This document shows, in pieces, positions 29,696 to 32,000 of a stretch of DNA of 32,000 bases. Position numbers and translations under genes: made by a program. Every line of letters starts with the position of its first letter. The stretch's first letter is position 1. This DNA comes from Ureaplasma parvum serovar 3 str. ATCC 27815 (GTDB taxonomy: Bacteria > Bacillota_I > Bacilli_A > Mycoplasmatales > Mycoplasmoidaceae). Below the pieces are notes generated by a model, which saw nothing but the letters and a program-made list of their open reading frames with translations, searched no databases and was not told the origin of the DNA. The stretch spans positions 660,001-692,000 of the forward strand of contig NC_010503.1 in assembly GCF_000019345.1 (NCBI RefSeq), read 5' to 3'.

Positions 29696-32000
29696 TTAAT
29701 TATCCCCTTCTGCTTGTGGTGATGTTGGTAAACCAGGACGTGGAGGTCTTCGATAATCATAAGCAAATTGTAAATAATATGTAAAGTTATTTTTCATACC
29801 ACCAAGTGATGAAATCGTTCAGTTTGTATCAATTTCCATAATAGGCACAATTGCTGCTTCATCACGTAAAATTTTTTCTAAATTTAAAATTGTTCTAAAG
29901 ATACTATCATCATCTTCTCAACCTGGACGATTCCCTGAAAAGAAATCAATAATTCTTTTACGTTGATCAACAACTGTTTCTAATTTTGTCATATAAATTT
30001 CATTATTAACTTTATCAGATATTTCATTATTCTCATTTCTTAAGTACTTACTTAATAATGGTTTTAAATCATTTATGTAAGATAAGTTGATTACTTGATA
30101 TGATCCAATTGGTAATTTTTTAATAGAAAATTTGTATTTAAATCGTTTTTTGAAATTAATTTCATCAATATTTTCTTTATTATAATATTTTGCATAATCT
30201 TCTTTTGTAGCTTGAACATATTGATTTGTTTTTTTATCGATAACTGGTTGAATTTGTAGCGTTGTAAATTGACCTGTTACATTATTTTGCAATACTAGTA
30301 AAAACGGTTTATTTTCACGTTTTGGATCGTGTTTATTTAAGAACTCTTCTGATAAATAAAATTCACGTTCTTGCATTGTATCAATTTCGTTCTGTAGATT
30401 ATTAGCTTCTTTTTCTCACGTTGATTTCGAACTACTTGTAGGCTCATTTTTAATTTTTTGATTTAATTTATTAATTTGGTGTTCTAAATCATGAATGATC
30501 TTAGCGTCATATTCAGAATAATTAACATCAAACATTGGAATGGCTTTATCTTTTAATTTTAATTTACGTAAATCAGCTCTATTTGTTAGGTGTTGTGGAT
30601 TATAAACTTCACTTGTTTTAATATTTGTTGGCGTTACCAATTCACGAATAATATCAGCGTCTTCTTCACTAATATGTAAACGTTTCAAAGCGTAATCTAA
30701 TTCTGCTTTATTTTTATAACGATCAAAAAAGTTTTTTGGCGTTCAAGATCCTGTTGGATTTAATTCATAACCTGAGCTTTTATTATTTTTTAAATCAATT
30801 CCATCAGGTGTTAAAAATAATCCTAATGCTGAGTCATAAGTACTACCAGCATATTTATCAAAGTTTTGATAAGAAATATCAAATTTACCACTATTTGCAA
30901 ATGTCACAAATGTGTTTGGCGGTAATGCTTGTAACTCTAATTTTACATAACCATTCAGATTACGGTCAATTAAATCTTTAATAGCAATTACAGCTTTTCC
31001 AATATCAGCTGGTTCGGTAGGATAAACAAATTTTAAAACAACTTGTTTTTTATCTGGATGTTTTTTCTTATATTTATCTAAATAAAATTTAGCAACTTGT
31101 GGATCAAAACCAGTATCTTTTCGGTTAATATTTTCAAATGTTGAATTTTTAGCAGCAACGTGGTCACTAAAATCATTATTTTGGATTAAAAAAGAACGGT
31201 TTTGTTTTCTTGTTTCATGTGTTTTTTCATCTTTAATAGTATCAATGTATTCACTATCAAAACGTTTATTATCAAATCAATATTCTAAATTACGCCCTTT
31301 TGAATCTTTAATTCTTTGAAATGATGTTCAAGTTGTAACTGGAAAAGATGAAGTTCAACCAGATAATTTTAATATGTTTTCTCTGTTAATAGCAAAAGCA
31401 ATTGCACGTCGTAAATCAGGATCTAGGATTGGAATGTCCTTATTAGGATTTTTTAAATATTCTTGATAACTATCATAACGTGATTGACGATCTAAATTAA
31501 ATTGCATTGCAACCGTTCCAGCCCCTGCTTGTTTTTTCATTAAATCACGCATTTTACTTTGCGCTCAGAATTTTAATTGATATGATGGTGGAACAGTAGT
31601 TGATGAAATCATCCCTTGTTCAAATCAAAGTGATGTAACTTCATTTTTAGAATTAAAATAAATTTTAATCTTATCGCTAATTGTTCAATTAGCTGAAAAA
31701 TAATCTTTATTTTTTTCTAATGTCATATAACCTTGAGGTCCTAAAACAACATCAGCAATATTAAATGGACCGCTTCAAACAAAATTTTCAAGAGTAGAAC
31801 CGAATTTTTCAATTCCACCATGTGTTTCAATAAAACGACGATTAACTGGTAGTAAAGCTTGGTTTCCTAAAATATCAGTCAATAAAACACTAAATGAAGG
31901 TTTTGGAGCATAAGTCTCAAATTCCATTAGTAAATCAAAACGTGAAGTTGGTAATGATTTAAATTTAAATAAATCTTTTGAATTAGCTAAAGTTTGTAAA
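29696..32000 (-). CDS. OppA-like solute-binding protein (SBP family 5), C-terminal 767 codons (gene runs off the right edge)
   Basis: Fragments 31355..31552, 30416..30688 and 29918..30376 and all the gaps are one frame joined by TGA. The frame stops at TAA 29698-29696. Family-5 SBP-like segments include ...WSGPFNIADVVLGPQGYMTLEKNKDYF... and DPDLRRAIAFAINRENI. A long charged insert with coiled-coil character lies at about 30000-30700, and the C-terminal tail is proline-rich. Confidence 0.65.

Noticed and set aside
1-32000. CRISPR arrays, insertion sequences, integrases, prophage or restriction-modification genes, and toxin-antitoxin pairs.
   Set aside because: I found no direct-repeat/spacer periodicity, no terminal inverted repeats flanking a transposase-like ORF, and no matching protein motifs on either strand. 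All sizeable ORFs are accounted for by the genes listed.

Overview
The window is a very AT-rich stretch of a Mollicute chromosome that reads UGA as Trp (translation table 4). Almost every break in the supplied ORF track is an in-frame TGA inside a conserved gene, and joining the fragments gives about 29 intact, tightly packed genes.

Gene content is mostly core housekeeping, listed here left to right:
- phosphomutase (5' partial), cdd, tRNA-Trp(CCA), pepP-like peptidase, rpmG, thrS
- degV-family gene, truA, ecfT, ecfA2, ecfA1, rplA, rplK
- a 2263-codon membrane protein with two FtsX domains
- gatB, gatA, gatC, an ECF S-component-like membrane protein, ung
- a 588-aa lipoprotein, dnaB, rplI, rpsR, ssb, rpsF
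- a GNAT acetyltransferase, tmRNA (ssrA), a small membrane protein, and an OppA-like substrate-binding protein (partial)

The tmRNA tag peptide (AENKKSSEVELNPAFMASATNANYAFAY) matches my unverified recollection of the Ureaplasma tag, so the source is probably a Ureaplasma.

I see no CRISPR array, transposase, integrase, restriction-modification system, toxin-antitoxin pair or recognisable defence system. I do not claim a new system.

The features most worth follow-up are:
- the giant double-FtsX permease, which has no adjacent ATPase, huge extracytoplasmic domains and internal ~94-aa repeat modules
- lineage-specific insertions of roughly 120-150 aa inside both EcfA2 and EcfT
- a lipoprotein of unknown function wedged between dnaB and ung
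- a 330-nt palindrome-rich intergenic region next to ssrA that could encode a small RNA
- several structured leaders of ribosomal-protein operons

All coordinates were worked out by hand and include stop codons. Functional calls rest on motif recognition, not on database searches.
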